Assembly (NCBI GenBank): GCA_024704765.1
Contig: JAKMXF010000314.1
Location: forward strand, 174,630-238,629
Length of the DNA: 64,000 nucleotides
Origin: Oopsacas minuta
Lineage: Eukaryota; Animalia; Porifera
Reading direction: 5' to 3'
A program made the translations under genes and the position numbers. The notes beneath the pieces were generated by a model. It was given only the letters and a program-made list of their open reading frames with translations. It did not search any database and was not told the origin of the DNA. Positions 1-12,823 of the stretch are shown in pieces (within the stretch, counting starts at the first letter, position 1; every line of letters starts with the position of its first letter).

Positions 1-1251
1 GTCTGTAATAATGATTTTGGGTGGATGTCGAAATGGTTTCAGGAATTCACTGAATGCCCAAGTAAATGCTTCCTCTGTTTCACGATCAAGTAGTGTACAT
101 GCCAGGACTTGAGTATTTCCATGTTTATTGACTGTACAAAAAGCGGCAAACTTAAGGGTATATTTATTTGTACCATGGGTGGTATCGAAGAGCACGATGT
201 TAGCTTCAGAATTTTCAACCCAGCGTTCAAAACTATCAGTTAATGTCCAAAAGACTTTACTCGAGCTGTGTTCTGCTGTCTGTATAGCGAAATACAATCC
301 TTTGGTAGATAGTTGTTCTTGTAGATAACTGACGAAGTTCGTTGCATCAAAACCTCTTTCTTCAACACTTGGCTGAAATTTATTATACACATCTTGATAA
401 GACCACGTTATTTGAAGATGTTTTTCATGTGCCTTACTTATAAAAACTTGATTAATTTTTGATGCTGTGAGACCTGCACGTTTAAGCTCAAAGCCGAGGG
501 TATTAAATTCGAATGGTATTTGTCGAAGGGAAGACTCCGCTAGACTAGCGCTATGACTTTCTACTAAATTGTGATTGTGTGCAAAATTTCCTGTAACTAC
601 TGCCCAACCTTCAATACATTCTTCTAAACGAATGCTATATGGACAATTACACCTTTGTGTAATGGTATTTCGTTTTTCATTTGTGAGTTTGGCCTTTTTA
701 GCTCTGTAGCAACTTAAAACCCTCTGCTTGCCTTTTCTAGATGTAGGTGTATAAGTTGAACTCCAGACTAAGTTAAATCTCCCGCCACCAGTAGCAAGAT
801 CCAACGCCCATTCATTTAAATCTAATTTAGATGTCACATGAGATTCCCAAGGTCCTTTGGTCATATCATACGGTAGGATAGCAGACCTTGATAGAATCAT
901 TGTATCAAATCTTCTTCTGACATCCATATGGGCTATTGATTCAGAAACACTCTGATTTTCAGAGACTTGCTCTGGGTCTACCTGGGAACATTCGTTAGGC
1001 GGTGAGTTTGTATCAATAGGATCTGGAAATTTCGAAATTATATATTGACTTTCAGTTGAAGAAATGGGACCGAATGCATCAGTATGATGATCAGGGTCGT
1101 AATTATGAAGATAATTGGGGTAGTCAATCATTTCAGTTGGATGTTCGATTTCATTGTATCCAGTTAGAGAACATGAATTAAAATCGAGGAAATAATTTTG
1201 TGAAGCTATAGCTGCAAAATATTCATCTGATTGATCGCTTGGTTCAGCCAT
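1..1251 (-). CDS. MULE/Mutator (FAR1-type) transposase, 5' part; ORF runs off the window edge
   Basis: Hand translation of the minus strand from ATG at 1251 gives 417 codons without a stop to base 1: MAEPSDQSDEYF..., a WRKY/GCM1-like zinc finger (VLSCYR...RCNCPYSIRL...GW...AHNH), and MULE catalytic motifs IVLFDTTHGTNKY, VNKHGNTQVLACTLL-ETEEAF-WAF and PKIIITD. Absent from the ORF track, most likely because no stop lies in the window. Confidence 0.9.
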   Translation of the reverse strand, partial: MAEPSDQSDEYFAAIASQNYFLDFNSCSLTGYNEIEHPTEMIDYPNYLHNYDPDHHTDAFGPISSTESQYIISKFPDPIDTNSPPNECSQVDPEQVSENQSVSESIAHMDVRRRFDTMILSRSAILPYDMTKGPWESHVTSKLDLNEWALDLATGGGRFNLVWSSTYTPTSRKGKQRVLSCYRAKKAKLTNEKRNTITQRCNCPYSIRLEECIEGWAVVTGNFAHNHNLVESHSASLAESSLRQIPFEFNTLGFELKRAGLTASKINQVFISKAHEKHLQITWSYQDVYNKFQPSVEERGFDATNFVSYLQEQLSTKGLYFAIQTAEHSSSKVFWTLTDSFERWVENSEANIVLFDTTHGTNKYTLKFAAFCTVNKHGNTQVLACTLLDRETEEAFTWAFSEFLKPFRHPPKIIITD

Positions 1252-1496
1252 GATAAATAGCTACGTTGTTTAATTCGCACAAATATAATAAATATTATCC
1301 GCAGATGGTAGGACTGAGTTACTGTGTCCCAATCAGAATGACCCTTTTGAACCCGAAATTCAACCAAATTTGCCCAAAAATTGCATGTCAGAAATATACG
1401 TTTTCCCCTTTAGGATTACCACGATTTTGATTAATAGGAATTATTATGCATAAATGGAGAAATTCGAGGCAATTTATACGAAGTTAGAAATAGAAA

Positions 1497-1611
1497 AATT
1501 CCTTATATGGTGCCCAAATCCTTATTTGTTGGCTAAATCCTTATATGTCGACCATAATTCCCTATTTGTCGGCTAGCCGACAATGTAGGCCGCCGACATA
1601 TAAATAATCCC
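1497..1611. repeat. Subterminal array of ~19-21 bp repeats with TGTCGGC-like cores
   Basis: Four direct units (aattccttatatggtgccc / aaatccttatttgttggct / aaatccttatatgtcgacc / aattccctatttgtcggct) then two inverted GCCGACA copies, including the near-palindrome cctatttgtcggct-agccgacaatgtagg. Confidence 0.75.
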
Positions 1612-1621
1612 TATATTATAT

Positions 1622-4600
1622 TAGGCCGGATCGAGAAAAGTATAAATCTTCGGTTCAACTTCTACCTAAGGGAAAAGTGGCCTTTACCATTTTCTAGGAA
1701 ATGCGAGACTTAAATTTGAAAAATATTTCGATTTGACCCTTGCAGTTTTATATTTTTGCTGTGTCACTTTCGCAAATTTGATTTTATATTGTCCGAATTT
1801 TCAAATTCCTTTGACTTAACCCCTTTATCTATATTATTTGGTAATAGTAAGTCGCATATTTGCTATTGAATGGTGTATTAATTGAATTTCTATGCCCAAG
1901 GATACTCAAGTTATCAAGATTTCTTTGCATATTCTATCATACCCTAATATTATTACCCACCCCCCTTTTTTCCCGATTATTTAAAAATTCTATATTCTTA
2001 GTAAAATTTGTTATATAATGACCAAACTTAGTATATTTCTTTATCTACATCCAAATTCATCAATAGGTTACCACAAAGAAATTTTACCAACATTCCTTAT
2101 CTCTTGTTCTTAACTTAGTTACCATTTATCTAGCATGGAATTTATGGTCAATTATAGTATCTATATCAATGCTCGATCAAATCATTCATATTATTGAGTG
2201 ATTATATTCCTAAAATTTCTTTATTTTTGAAATGGCAGAAAACACGCGTAGTAAAGTATTTCATCCTATTTTTGGCTATCCAGGACCCATTCCAGAAAAT
2301 CAACTTCCAACAAAACTAGTTATATATAATCATTATAGAATGCTTAGAAATGAAGATTCTAAATCAACTAGAGATGATGTAACGGAAGAACTAACTGAAG
2401 TATTAGTACGTATCTATAATTTGGCTTCCATGCCTACTATATCAGAGCTTTAAAATAAAACAGTACATCAATTCTGATATTATTGAGAGAGCTAAATACT
2501 ACGGAAAAAGTATACAAAACAAGCAACAACCTGACCGTATACAGCCTATTATTTCCGAATTCAATGTCTCGTTCGATGCCTCAAGTTGCAAATGCCTAAT
2601 TCAGGAAGGTGAATGTTTTTGCTCTCTCGATAAAAAGATACCACACCGTGAGTGGGCATTTCTCTTTGATCAGCGAAACGTTCGAAAATTATTTATCTCC
2701 AGCTTGGATTGCATGACAACCTCTAAAAATATTGTTAAACAAAAAGAAAAGAGGCGCAATATGAAAGAGAAGAAAGGGAATGAAGAGATTACATGCAGTC
2801 CAACCTCGCAAGAATTTATAGAATGTGACTTTGAAGAGTTTGAATCTCTTGACTCGAGTACATCTAATACTCACAAGTATACACGTAATCATAATCAATT
2901 ACGCAATTTAGCCATAATGTGTGATAGATATCAAATTTGCGATCGGGCAGGCGCAGTTATAGCTAACGCAGTACTGCAGGATTACGGTATTATCACACAG
3001 GAAGAAGATAGTCAAATTATTGATAGAAACAAACTCCGTAGATCTAGATTCTCTGTGAGAAAGGAATTGGCTAATGAGGCTCACGAAACTATCCGCGATA
3101 TATCTGCAATATATTTTGATGGCCGTAAAGATCAAACTCGAGTACTGGTAGAAAGAGAAGATGGACATTTGCATCAGGATACTTCAATTGAAGAACATTA
3201 TACTGTCTTATCTGAACCGGGGAATCAGTATGTTGCCCATATAACACCAAGTTCTGGTAAAGCCAAAGATATAGCAACGTAATTGACTGATCTTTGCAGG
3301 GAGCGTAATTCAAATTTAATGGCGGTTGGAGCTGATGGAGCTCGTGTTAACACTGGAGTCTACAATGGGTGTATTAGATTACTTGATCTAGAGTTCACAA
3401 AACCACTCCACTGGTTTATTTGCCAATTACATGGTAATGAACTTCCATTGAGGCATCTCTTTCAAATAATAGATGAAAAAACCAGTGGACCCAATTCTTT
3501 TAAAGGAGTAATTGGTAAAAAACTTAATTGTGATTTTACTTGCAAACCAATTGCAGCGTATCATCCTTTATGCGGTAAAACTCAACTTATTGATTGCGAT
3601 AGTCTCAAGAATTTAAATAAAGATCAGAAATGTCTATATAATATCTGTCATGCAGTTCAGACTGGTATTTGCTCATCTGAACTGGCATTGATGCAACCCG
3701 GTCCTATACATCATGCTAGATGGACAACACTTGGCAACAGATTACTTAGGTCGTACATTTCTACGATACATCCCACACCTGAATTATCCCGACTTGTCAA
3801 TTTTATTGTCAATTATTATGCACCAGTTTGGTTTAGAATCAAGAGTAACCCGATTTGCACAGATGCACCTAAAAATATGTTTTTTGCGATATCTTTGCTG
3901 TGAGATCAATCGGAGTCTGACCAAGAAGTAATTTGCGATGTGATACAGAGAACCTCATATTTTTGTCATCCAGAAAATCTCTTGTTATCGATGCTGCCAG
4001 ATAATGATGAACAAATTAGACAAAAGGCAGTGAAGACTATTTTAGATATCCGAATTAACAGTTCATCATTTAGACTGATTGAAATTCACCCATTTAATCT
4101 TCCTTCAATAAGGTCCACTGCCGAAACATATGTGGATATGATTGATCATGAAACCTCTTTTATCACAGAACCGCCTTCTACAAGATACTTCTCAAAGAAG
4201 TACTAATTAATTGTGTACGTGCTCCACTAGAAATTCCAGCATATCCATGCGATACACAAGCTGTTGAAAGAACTATTCAATTAGTCACTAAAAGTTCGTG
4301 TTCAGTAACAGGAGAAGATGCGAGACATGGATTAATTCTTTCAACCCTAACATCAAGAGAAAAAATGCCCGCATTTGAGTCAAAGAAAGATTATGCATGT
4401 TAAATATACTTGATATAACATAATTGAATCATATACCACGATAGATAAAAAGCTAATAATTTTCAAATAATCGGAAAAAAAGGGGGGGTGGGTAATAATA
4501 TGAGGGTATGATAGATATGCAAAAAATCTTGATAACTTGAGTATCCTTGGACATAGAAATTCAATTAATACACCATTCAATAGCAAATATGCGACTTACT

Positions 4601-4825
4601 ATTACCAAATAATATATATAAAGGGGTTAAGTCAAAGGAATTTGAAAATTCGGACAATATAAAATCAATTTTGCGAAAGTGACACAGCAAAAATATAAAA
4701 CTGCAAGGGTCAAATCGAAATATTTTTCAAATTTAAGTCTCGCATTTTCCTAGAAAATGGTAAAGGCAACTTTTCCCTTAGGTAGAGGTTGAACCGACGA
4801 TTTATACTTTTCTCGATCCGGCCTA
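1622..4825 (+). mobile_element. hAT-like DNA transposon (possibly hATm clade) with ~370-bp terminal inverted repeats
   Basis: 1622-1989 is the near-perfect reverse complement of 4458-4825 (TAGGCCGGATCGAGAAAAGTATAAATC...); internal degraded transposase. No 8-bp TSD, only a short ATAT/TATA match. Clade name is from recalled family motifs. Confidence 0.85.
2232..4403 (+). pseudogene. Degraded hAT-like transposase (frameshifts, in-frame stops at 3280-3282 and 3901-3903)
   Basis: ORF pieces 2232-2453, 2704-3282, 3283-3903, 3940-4206 and a shifted tail. Motifs: CDRYQICDR, YFDGRKDQT, GADGARVNTG, FICQLHGNELPLRHL (CxxH), ARWTT, YPCDTQAVER. Confidence 0.85.
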
Positions 4826-5229
4826 ATATATAGAATATATCTTTGTAAGTACAGAATGTATAAAAAAAATGGAGGACCCCGGGCTGATTTTTGGCATACC
4901 AGGTATTTTGGGCATTAACGAAAATTCAAACCTGACTAAATTATGACGTCATTGTCACCTTTTGAATATTCGAAAAATCACAATACTAACGACTGCTGAG
5001 CAAATATACATGAAAAGTATGAATTTTGAATCAGCTACCCTTCAGTATGCTACATGTTCGGACTTAAGGATTTTAGTTAAATGCAAACTCATCATGGAGT
5101 TCTTATCTCATGACTACAAAAAAGCAAAATTATATGGTGAGTTAATAGTTCTCAGTTTTATCAATTAACCACAACGTGCCTAAAACAATAATGTGACTTT
5201 ACTATATACTTAGGCTTATCAAATATTTA

Positions 5230-5760
5230 TCAGCTATTGTTACCCCATTACCTTACTTGTTCTCATTGGCTTCTCCAATTTTTCCAATTCTTTCAGAACT
5301 GAAGAAGAAATTGGTTTAAATTGATGATAACTTTCAAAATATTGTTTGCAAAAAGTATACATTGTTTTGGAATTATACTTTGGTTGCTGTAATGCGTTGA
5401 TAGTGCCCATAATACCATCACATGGAGACGTTCCATGGGCAGTTGCGAAAATCAATTCTGTATCAAACCCAAAGTCAGGATTATGCCAACATAATTTCGA
5501 AAAATTGTATTAATTCTTGTTGAGCTGCAAATTCATCGGAAAGATTCAATTTTTGATTTATTTGGATGATATTCGTTTAGATAGTCCATAAATATTTCAT
5601 AAATTAGATAAATGGAAAATCATGGTGTAGTTCATCAGAAATATAACAGGATGATTCATGCATAATTGCCCCATTATCATAAAAAATATTACAAGAGGAT
5701 GGAGAGTTGCTTGTTGCTTAGACTAATGATAACATTGAACTTAACATGTCTATAGTTTTC
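5230..5760 (-). pseudogene. Remnant of a DDE/D transposase, superfamily not assigned
   Basis: Broken minus-strand frames give ...DELHHD...FSDEFAAQ...DFGFDTELIFATAHGTSPCDGIMGT, resembling an FSDG..QYKN / F.T.HGK.PCDG.GG motif set seen in animal DNA transposons. No termini found. Confidence 0.55.
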
Positions 5761-6349
5761 TGCGAAATCGTCGGGCAAAAATTTTAGAGCTAAGGCTATG
5801 TAAAGTAATATACTTGTTTCTCATCTCCGCCCTACCTAAAGTTTTCCTCCTCTGGAAAGATTTTATTTGTATTTTTCCAAATTTATGGACAATTCGTTAG
5901 CCACAGATTGTGCAATCCACATTTTACTATTTGTATAATTGAAAAATTCATATTTTAATCGCGTGAAAAATGTGGTGAGGAAATTTGAGAGTCAAAATAT
6001 AATACATTAACTAGCCAAAAATTAAATATTATACCGCCCGCCGTCCAAATTTCTGAAGAAATTCCGGATAAGAAATAAATAATTAATTTACATGGCCTTA
6101 TTATCAGTTTTTTCTTTACCAAAAGCCATATTACACTCTATGGCATCTTAAGATCCAAGAGAGCCGAAGTTTATTGCACAATAGGTCCCGAAACTTCTTT
6201 CAAACTATCAAATACGCTAGAGGTTAAAGTTAGCAAGAAATTATTGTCAATGTAAAGGTTAGATAGCATCTTTTGGATCGTATCGTAACAGGTGATGAGG
6301 CCTAATTTCATTATTGTGAACCGCAGAGTGAAATTAAATCAAAACATGA

Positions 6350-6890
6350 AAAAGAATGATGAAAAGTGTACCCGTGAAGGCCGAACAATGGGCTGGAAAG
6401 AAAATAGCCATGGTATTTTGGCTTAAGGAAGGAATTCTACTTCTTGAATGGTTACCAGAGGAGAGCACCACCAACAGTGATTAGTACATCGAAGAATTGA
6501 AGGAATATGGCAAAAGCTATTGAATGTGAGCGGCGAGGCAAGTTGACACGTGCCATGCAACTACATATCAACACAAGGCCCATATAAGCTCCAAAACAAA
6601 GAATGCAATTTAAGACTTCGATTTCGAATGCTTCGCTCACCCACTTATAGTCCAACCTGGCTCCCAGCGACTACTGGTTATTCGGAGACATAAAAAAACC
6701 TCTTCGAGGGGATAGATTTCATGATTTTAAACTGCTGGAGACAAGTGAAACAATGAGAAATAGGTAGCCCCGCAGGGTTTCTTTCATAGAGGAAATTTCT
6801 TTCGGGGGAATCAATAGCAATGGCATAAATTATTAATGCGTGAAAGATTGTTTAATTATCATCCTTCTCTTACCAAGTAGTGTTAACTCA
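6350..6890 (+). pseudogene. mariner transposase 3' remnant
   Basis: Broken frames read MVFW..EGILLLEWLPE, RRGKLTR and HP.YSP.LAPSDYWLFGDIKKPLRG.RF. Confidence 0.7.
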
Positions 6891-7029
6891 AAATATAGTT
6901 CGCTCTGATCTGTCTAGAATACATGAAACCCATTGTATAGTAATATATACATACATTTTACATTTGATATTATTGACATCATCTTTCCTTATTTAAATTT
7001 TTAGAAAAACCAATTCTAATCTTTTAATT

Positions 7030-7450
7030 ATTGCGAAGGGATGGATGTTTGGGAATATTTTAGGAGAAAAACGCACCAAAACAGTTCTAATGAAGATAAA
7101 GAAGTGTTATCAACTCTTCTTGTTGGCACTGCTATAGCTGAAAGATCTTTTACTCATATGAAATTGATCAAAAATAGATTACACAATCGTATTTCGGATT
7201 CGAGTTTACTCGATTAATGAGGATTGCAATTGAAGGACCAAACCTAGTTGATGTTGATTCGATGCTACTTTAGACATATCTTTATGAAACAGAACCGGCT
7301 TGTTCTATGATAAATTTACAACATTTATACTGTAGTATCAATTCATACTGGCTCATTACTAATAAAAAAACTCTATTTCATATACGGGAAATGTTTTGTT
7401 TAATAATGGAAATTTAGGGGATAATCCTCATTTCCCTGTATGAAACCCTG
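7030..7450 (+). mobile_element. hAT 3' fragment (dimerisation domain plus right terminus)
   Basis: Translation VLSTLLVGTAIAERSFTHMKLIKNRLHNRISDSSL..MRIAIEGP; ends ...CCCTGTATGAAACCCTG (CAGGG-type hAT terminus on the reverse strand). Confidence 0.7.
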
Positions 7451-7792
7451 CCCCAAAGAATTCTGTGCCATTGGGCTAGAAAAGCTACCAGGACGATGTA
7501 TAGGATAGAAGCGGAATACTCAAAATGGATTATATATAGGTTTGGGTTAGTTCAATATTGAACACAATTAAGTCCCATTATTTATATATTCTGAAAAGTT
7601 AGAACTGATAAGTATGTGTTACTTTGTCCTTTGATAGCACTTCCAATACGATAAAATAACCCGTTATACCAAATACTGATGAAAATTTTTGATAACTAAT
7701 ATACACCAATTAACAATAACACGAAAGGTACATATTATTAGCTATTAATTAGGGAATATAAAATCTAGTATTTATTGAACAATCACTATCTA

Positions 7793-9132
7793 CAGGGTGC
7801 AACAAAAGTATTGTCATTTTATATAATGAATCAAACGTAAGTAAATACAACAAATATTACATTATTACTTCCCAATATAGCCTCCTTGTCTTTCATACGA
7901 GTGCTACTCCCCTGGGAATACTGGAGACCATATTTTGCAGAACCTCTCCTGAAATACCACTCCATGCCTTTTCCAAATTTTTGACGAGGTTATTCATGGT
8001 GCTTGCTTGCTCAAACTCTTCCACTTTGTCTTTCAGTATTGACCACAAGTTTTCAATGGGATTGAGGTCAGGTGAGTTCCCAGGCCACTCCGCTTTCTGC
8101 CAAAATCCTGGAAGATTCTGTTTGCACCATTCTTGTGTTAGTTTGGCCCTATGAGCGGGAGCCCCGTCTTGCACAAAAAGTATCTCGGACATCTTTGAAG
8201 TCATGGCCCGCTGTAAAGCCGAACCATTTTTGCTCTTCTATTGATTGCATCTTTGCAAGATCCAGCCAAAATCTTCGTACGATAGTACTCTCCATTAATA
8301 GTTTGCCCTTGAGGAATAACATGCAGCTTAGATAGGGCTTGGTGAGACATCATGCCCCAAAAGTGAACTTTGCAGGAAATTTTATCTTTGTGCAGGGTTC
8401 GATTGAACCAGAATCCTTGCCTCAAACTCGGTCATTCTGTCCGTTTGGAGTTGGAAACAATTCGAATGGAGATTCATCCGACCACAGAACTATATTCCAA
8501 TCTTCTACGGTCCAATCCTTGTGTTTCTGCACAAATTCGATCCGGTTTTTCTTCATTTTCAAGGTCAATCGAGGCCTTTTTTCGGCCTTTTAAATGGCGT
8601 AGTACCTAGAGACTTTCTCAAATACGATGTACAAAGGTGTGAGAGACATCACAACCCTTTCTCGTTAATCTCAGAGCTAGCTTTCGTGTAGATTGCCTTC
8701 TCTTCCCCAAAGACTTTGCGATGACAATTTTCGTAACTCTATCAATTTTCGGCGGCCGTCCAGACTTAGGCTTTGATTCCATTGAAAATCCAATTTATCG
8801 CTACGCCCCCATCTCTGAACTGATTGAATATTAACATTCACCACTCGAGCAACCTTTTTAGGCGTTTCTCCTGCTTTAAGCATCCCCAATGCCTGAGATC
8901 TTAAAGATAATCCATAATCCTGGACATTCATATCACAACAATTAGGTAGAAATTTCTAAAATGACGAAAATAATTCCAAAATATATTTATGTAAGATTTG
9001 ACTTCACTCGAGTTTAACTAAGTAGTATAAAAACATATTTACTGAGAGAAATCAATAGCGAGGGTTATATACGAATGTGGACTTTGAATTTAATGTATAT
9101 TAGAATGACGACAATGCTTTTGTTACACCTTG
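7793..9132 (-). mobile_element. Tc1-like element, D,D37E spacing, degraded
   Basis: TA-flanked imperfect TIRs (CAGGGTGCAACAAAAGTATTGTC / CAAGGTGTAACAAAAGCATTGTC). ORF fragments with HTH (QALGMLKAGETPKKVARVV), VHFWGMMS and QDGAPAH...WPGNSPDLNPIENLW; 37 residues counted between the second D and E. Confidence 0.9.
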
Positions 9133-9651
9133 TAAGTGTATTCTCGATTCAACTGCAAATATAGGTTAATAATCACCAAGGAATACGAAGAAAATTTAGT
9201 TTCACATAATTTGATAGGACACTAAGTATATACTAAGTTTAATTTCCCTACAATAATAATGTATTTAACCGACTACAGAGAAAATGTGTGATTTATGATG
9301 TCTAAAGGGGGCAGAAAGAGTAATTTTTATGTGGGAACTAGTTAAATGAAGCGATAAAGTGAAGCGTTCCTTTCATTACGCAAGTAAACTTGGGAACTAA
9401 ACGAATATAGTAAAGTAATTTTGAATAATCGTGCAGGAATATTTGGCCTTTAGAACGGATTTTACAGAGTTGCCACAGTAAAAGGATATTTGAAAAAGTG
9501 AGGGAGCTTCGCAATCTCAACATTTTGGAGTTACTTCTCATATCAAATAACCAAGTAGCTCTAAATAATATCACATATTCCAATAAATCATGGTTGACCA
9601 AAATATCGAAGAAATTAAAAATGAAGTTCATCCAAATTCACTCAATTACAA

Positions 9652-11957
9652 CGGTGGTTCTCAAAGTGGGTCGTAGAGCCCCCCTGGGGGGCGCTGAAGG
9701 GTTGTAGGGGGGCGACCACGCAGCAAGGGAGCGCAGTGGGTTATAGAAAGCGAAACAGAGATACGACCTCACGTCAAAAAGTGGTATCATATTCCTCATT
9801 GTTCATTAACAATAGGTGCTAATAAATACTTCAAATGATCAAAGCCATTTACAGTGGTAATACTCTTGGTGATTATTACCAACAGCTAATCCTTAAAAAT
9901 GAATGAAGAATTCTTTTGTTACAATGTCTATGGCTTTCCTAATCGAAATATAATTATCATTGTTCTTCAAACAAATGTAAACTTCGTAATAGTTAGTAAT
10001 CTGTTTAATTTCAATATAAATACATACGTAGAAATCTAAACTGAAAGGAATTGATAAACTCGATTGAAGAAATGAATAGTAAAAAGAAGTGTAGACAGTA
10101 TAGTGCGATTATATCAAATACGAATTTCTTAAATCTCCTTCCAATCAACAACTCCCAATGTGTTTGTTGTGCGAACAATTTTTTCTAATGAGGGAATGAA
10201 GCCGTCAAGAATGATTGATCATCTGAAATCGCGCCACAGTAACAAGGTAGAGAAAGATGTGCAATTCTTCATTAAATTGAGAAACAGCCGCAAAACAATG
10301 GGCGGAATCTTTGGAAAATAGATAGACAAAACATTGATGGTCTGGTTGTCTCCTATAACATTTCGTTACTAATTGCAAAATCTGGTAAGCCACATACAAT
10401 TGATGAAAAACTCATTTTACCTGCAATCCAGGAAGCAGTTACAACTGTTATGTATTCAGATGGGCGAAGTGTGATTGGGTCCATTCCGTTAAGCAATGAT
10501 ACTGTGGAAAGGAGAATTAATTTGATGGCTAGTGAGGTTGAGAAAACCCTATACAGTATACTTAAAACAACGGAATTTTCTCTTCAAATTGACGAATCCA
10601 CATTGCCAGGTAACGAAGCACTGCTCCTTCATATGTCCGATATATTCTCGAAGGAATAATGGTTGAAGAAATGTTGTTTGCTAAACCACTAGTAACTGAT
10701 ACAAAAGGTGAATCTATCTACAAAGTCGTGGAAATTTCTTTCAGGAAAAGGAATTGCATGAATAATATCATTGCTTGTGCAACAGATGGGGCGCCAGCTA
10801 TGGTTGGTAGGCATCGTGGTTACATTTCGTACTTGAAAAATGCTGGCCTGAGGTTTTCGCTATTCACTGCGTCGTCCATCGAGAACATTTGGTAGCAAAA
10901 CATCTAAGTGGTCACTTGCACAACTCATTGTATATCGTCATAACTGTTATTAATAAAATCGAAGCTTCCGAACTCAAGGAAAGAATATTTCGCCAAATAT
11001 GTCACGACAACGAAACAGAATTTGAACGCTTGCTTTTGCACACAGAAGTGAAGTGGCTCTCAAAAGGAAAGTGCCTCAGTCGGTTCTATAGTCTTTTGGA
11101 CACCAATTTAGAATTTTTAGAGGAAGAGAACCCGCGGTTAATGTAGCTTGTCAGTGCAGCGAAATCAGATGTAGCTTACTTGACTGACATTTTTGATAAG
11201 TTCAACGTAATGAACTTGCAATTACAAGGTAATTTAGTCACTCTGGTCAAGTGCAAAACTGTTGTCAACTCCTTCATAGGGAAACTAACGTTATTTAAAG
11301 AAAATATCGGTCGACGAGAATTTTACCAGTTTATTCACCTAGCAGGACTCCAAATCTCAGATGACCATTTGCTAGCATATTGTGAACATCTTGAAGTACT
11401 GAAAGCGGATATGATCAAGCGATTCACTGACTTGTTGGAACTTGAACCGCCTCATTGGCTATTTGGTCCTTTCTGTGTGGATGCCCCAATAGTTCCACTC
11501 TATTTGCAGGAAGAGCTGATGGACTTGCAAAGCGATTGCGAGGAAGAAGTTCATTTTACAATGATGAAGTATGAACGATTTTGGATTGCAATCGCAAGGA
11601 TGAAATAAATTTCCCAATTTGTGGAAAGTAGCAAAACTGCTAGTTCTGGCTTCCGACATCATATCTCGTTGAGAGAGGTTTCAGTGCAGTCGTTGAATTA
11701 CTAACGAAGCAAGAAACAGACTAGATATTTCTCAATGCGGAGATTTAAGATTGCTGCTCACTGATATGAAACCAGATGTAAATGGGATTATCGACGAACA
11801 TCACGCTCAAGTACACCCTTCTCATTAATTGATAAATAGTACTTATTATCATTAAACAAATACGAGTGTAGTAAAAATTTAGACTTTCTAAAGGGGAGCA
11901 GTATCGAGGGAATATTGTTGACATGGGGAGCTGTCCGAAAAAGTTTGAGAAACATTG
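9652..11957 (+). mobile_element. hAT Buster/Charlie-type transposon (ZBED5/FAM200-like transposase pseudogene)
   Basis: TIRs CGGTGGTTCTCAAA / CAATGTTTCTCAAA. Perfect 8-bp TSD AATTACAA (9644-9651 and 11958-11965) with central TA. Fragments FSLQIDEST, ACATDGAPAMVG, HTEVKWLSKGKCLSRF. Confidence 0.93.
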
Positions 11958-12528
11958 AATTACAAGAATTTATAGCAATTATTTGATTTTTGAAGTAAAG
12001 TCCAAATTTGGTGTCAAAAAATGATAAATAATATTCAAATTGAATATCAACAGTATTCAAATGTTAAAAGTGGTAAAGAAATAAGTGCTTCGCTGGTATT
12101 CTTCCCACGTTTCCAAATTCATTTAATGAATTAGCCAGCTTACAGTGACATTAATCAACAGAAAGATTCAATTAATATTAATGCTATTTATCCTGTAACG
12201 ACTGATAACCTTTATGTAATTACTCTGTAAATTGAAAACACTAAGTAAAATCCCGAGTTTTGACATAGTTATGATGGAAAATTAAGTAAATCTAAGTAAA
12301 GTAACTATAGGATAAGTATAAGTTATAGGATGCATTTTCACATTTCAATCCAGGGAATTACAAACGAGGGATTGGTAAGTCTGATAACAGTTTCTGTGAA
12401 ATATTGACCCGAATAAGGAATTATCTTGATTATACTAGCTCACCTGTGGTGTTATCAAATAATCGTCGCCTGGGATTCTAATCCAGATTTCCAGTAGGCA
12501 TTGGAATCGAAATAATTCTGTACAAGAA

Positions 12529-12534
12529 TTTAAT
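12529..12534 (-). terminator. Candidate variant polyadenylation signal ATTAAA
   Basis: First ATTAAA I saw on the minus strand ~290 nt after the stop; no AATAAA noticed in the first ~800 nt. AT-rich context makes this weak. Confidence 0.25.
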
Positions 12535-12823
12535 TACAATTGAATATAAATATTTTTGACGAATTAAAACTCAAAAAAAGTAGGAAATAGATCTAGAAAT
12601 GAGGTATATTAATATATAATAGTACATGACTAGAGTGTATAAATATATTGAAATAGAATTGAATATTTACATTCATAAAAAGTCACAACATAAACTAATA
12701 CAACATGGATATTCTTAATTAAAAATATCCAACAGAGGTTTGGAATATGGAAAAGCAACATACAGAATACAGGATACGTTTACAATGTATATCAAAATGA
12801 CTGATGTATTGAGACTATTTAAA

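Larger units (their letters stand above)
1..1611 (-). mobile_element. MULE/Mutator DNA transposon, 5' end
   Basis: Transposase ORF above plus a probable terminus at 1611 reading GGGATTATTTATATGTCGGC inward (G-rich start typical of MULEs). The other end is outside the window, so TIR and TSD cannot be verified. Confidence 0.7.
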
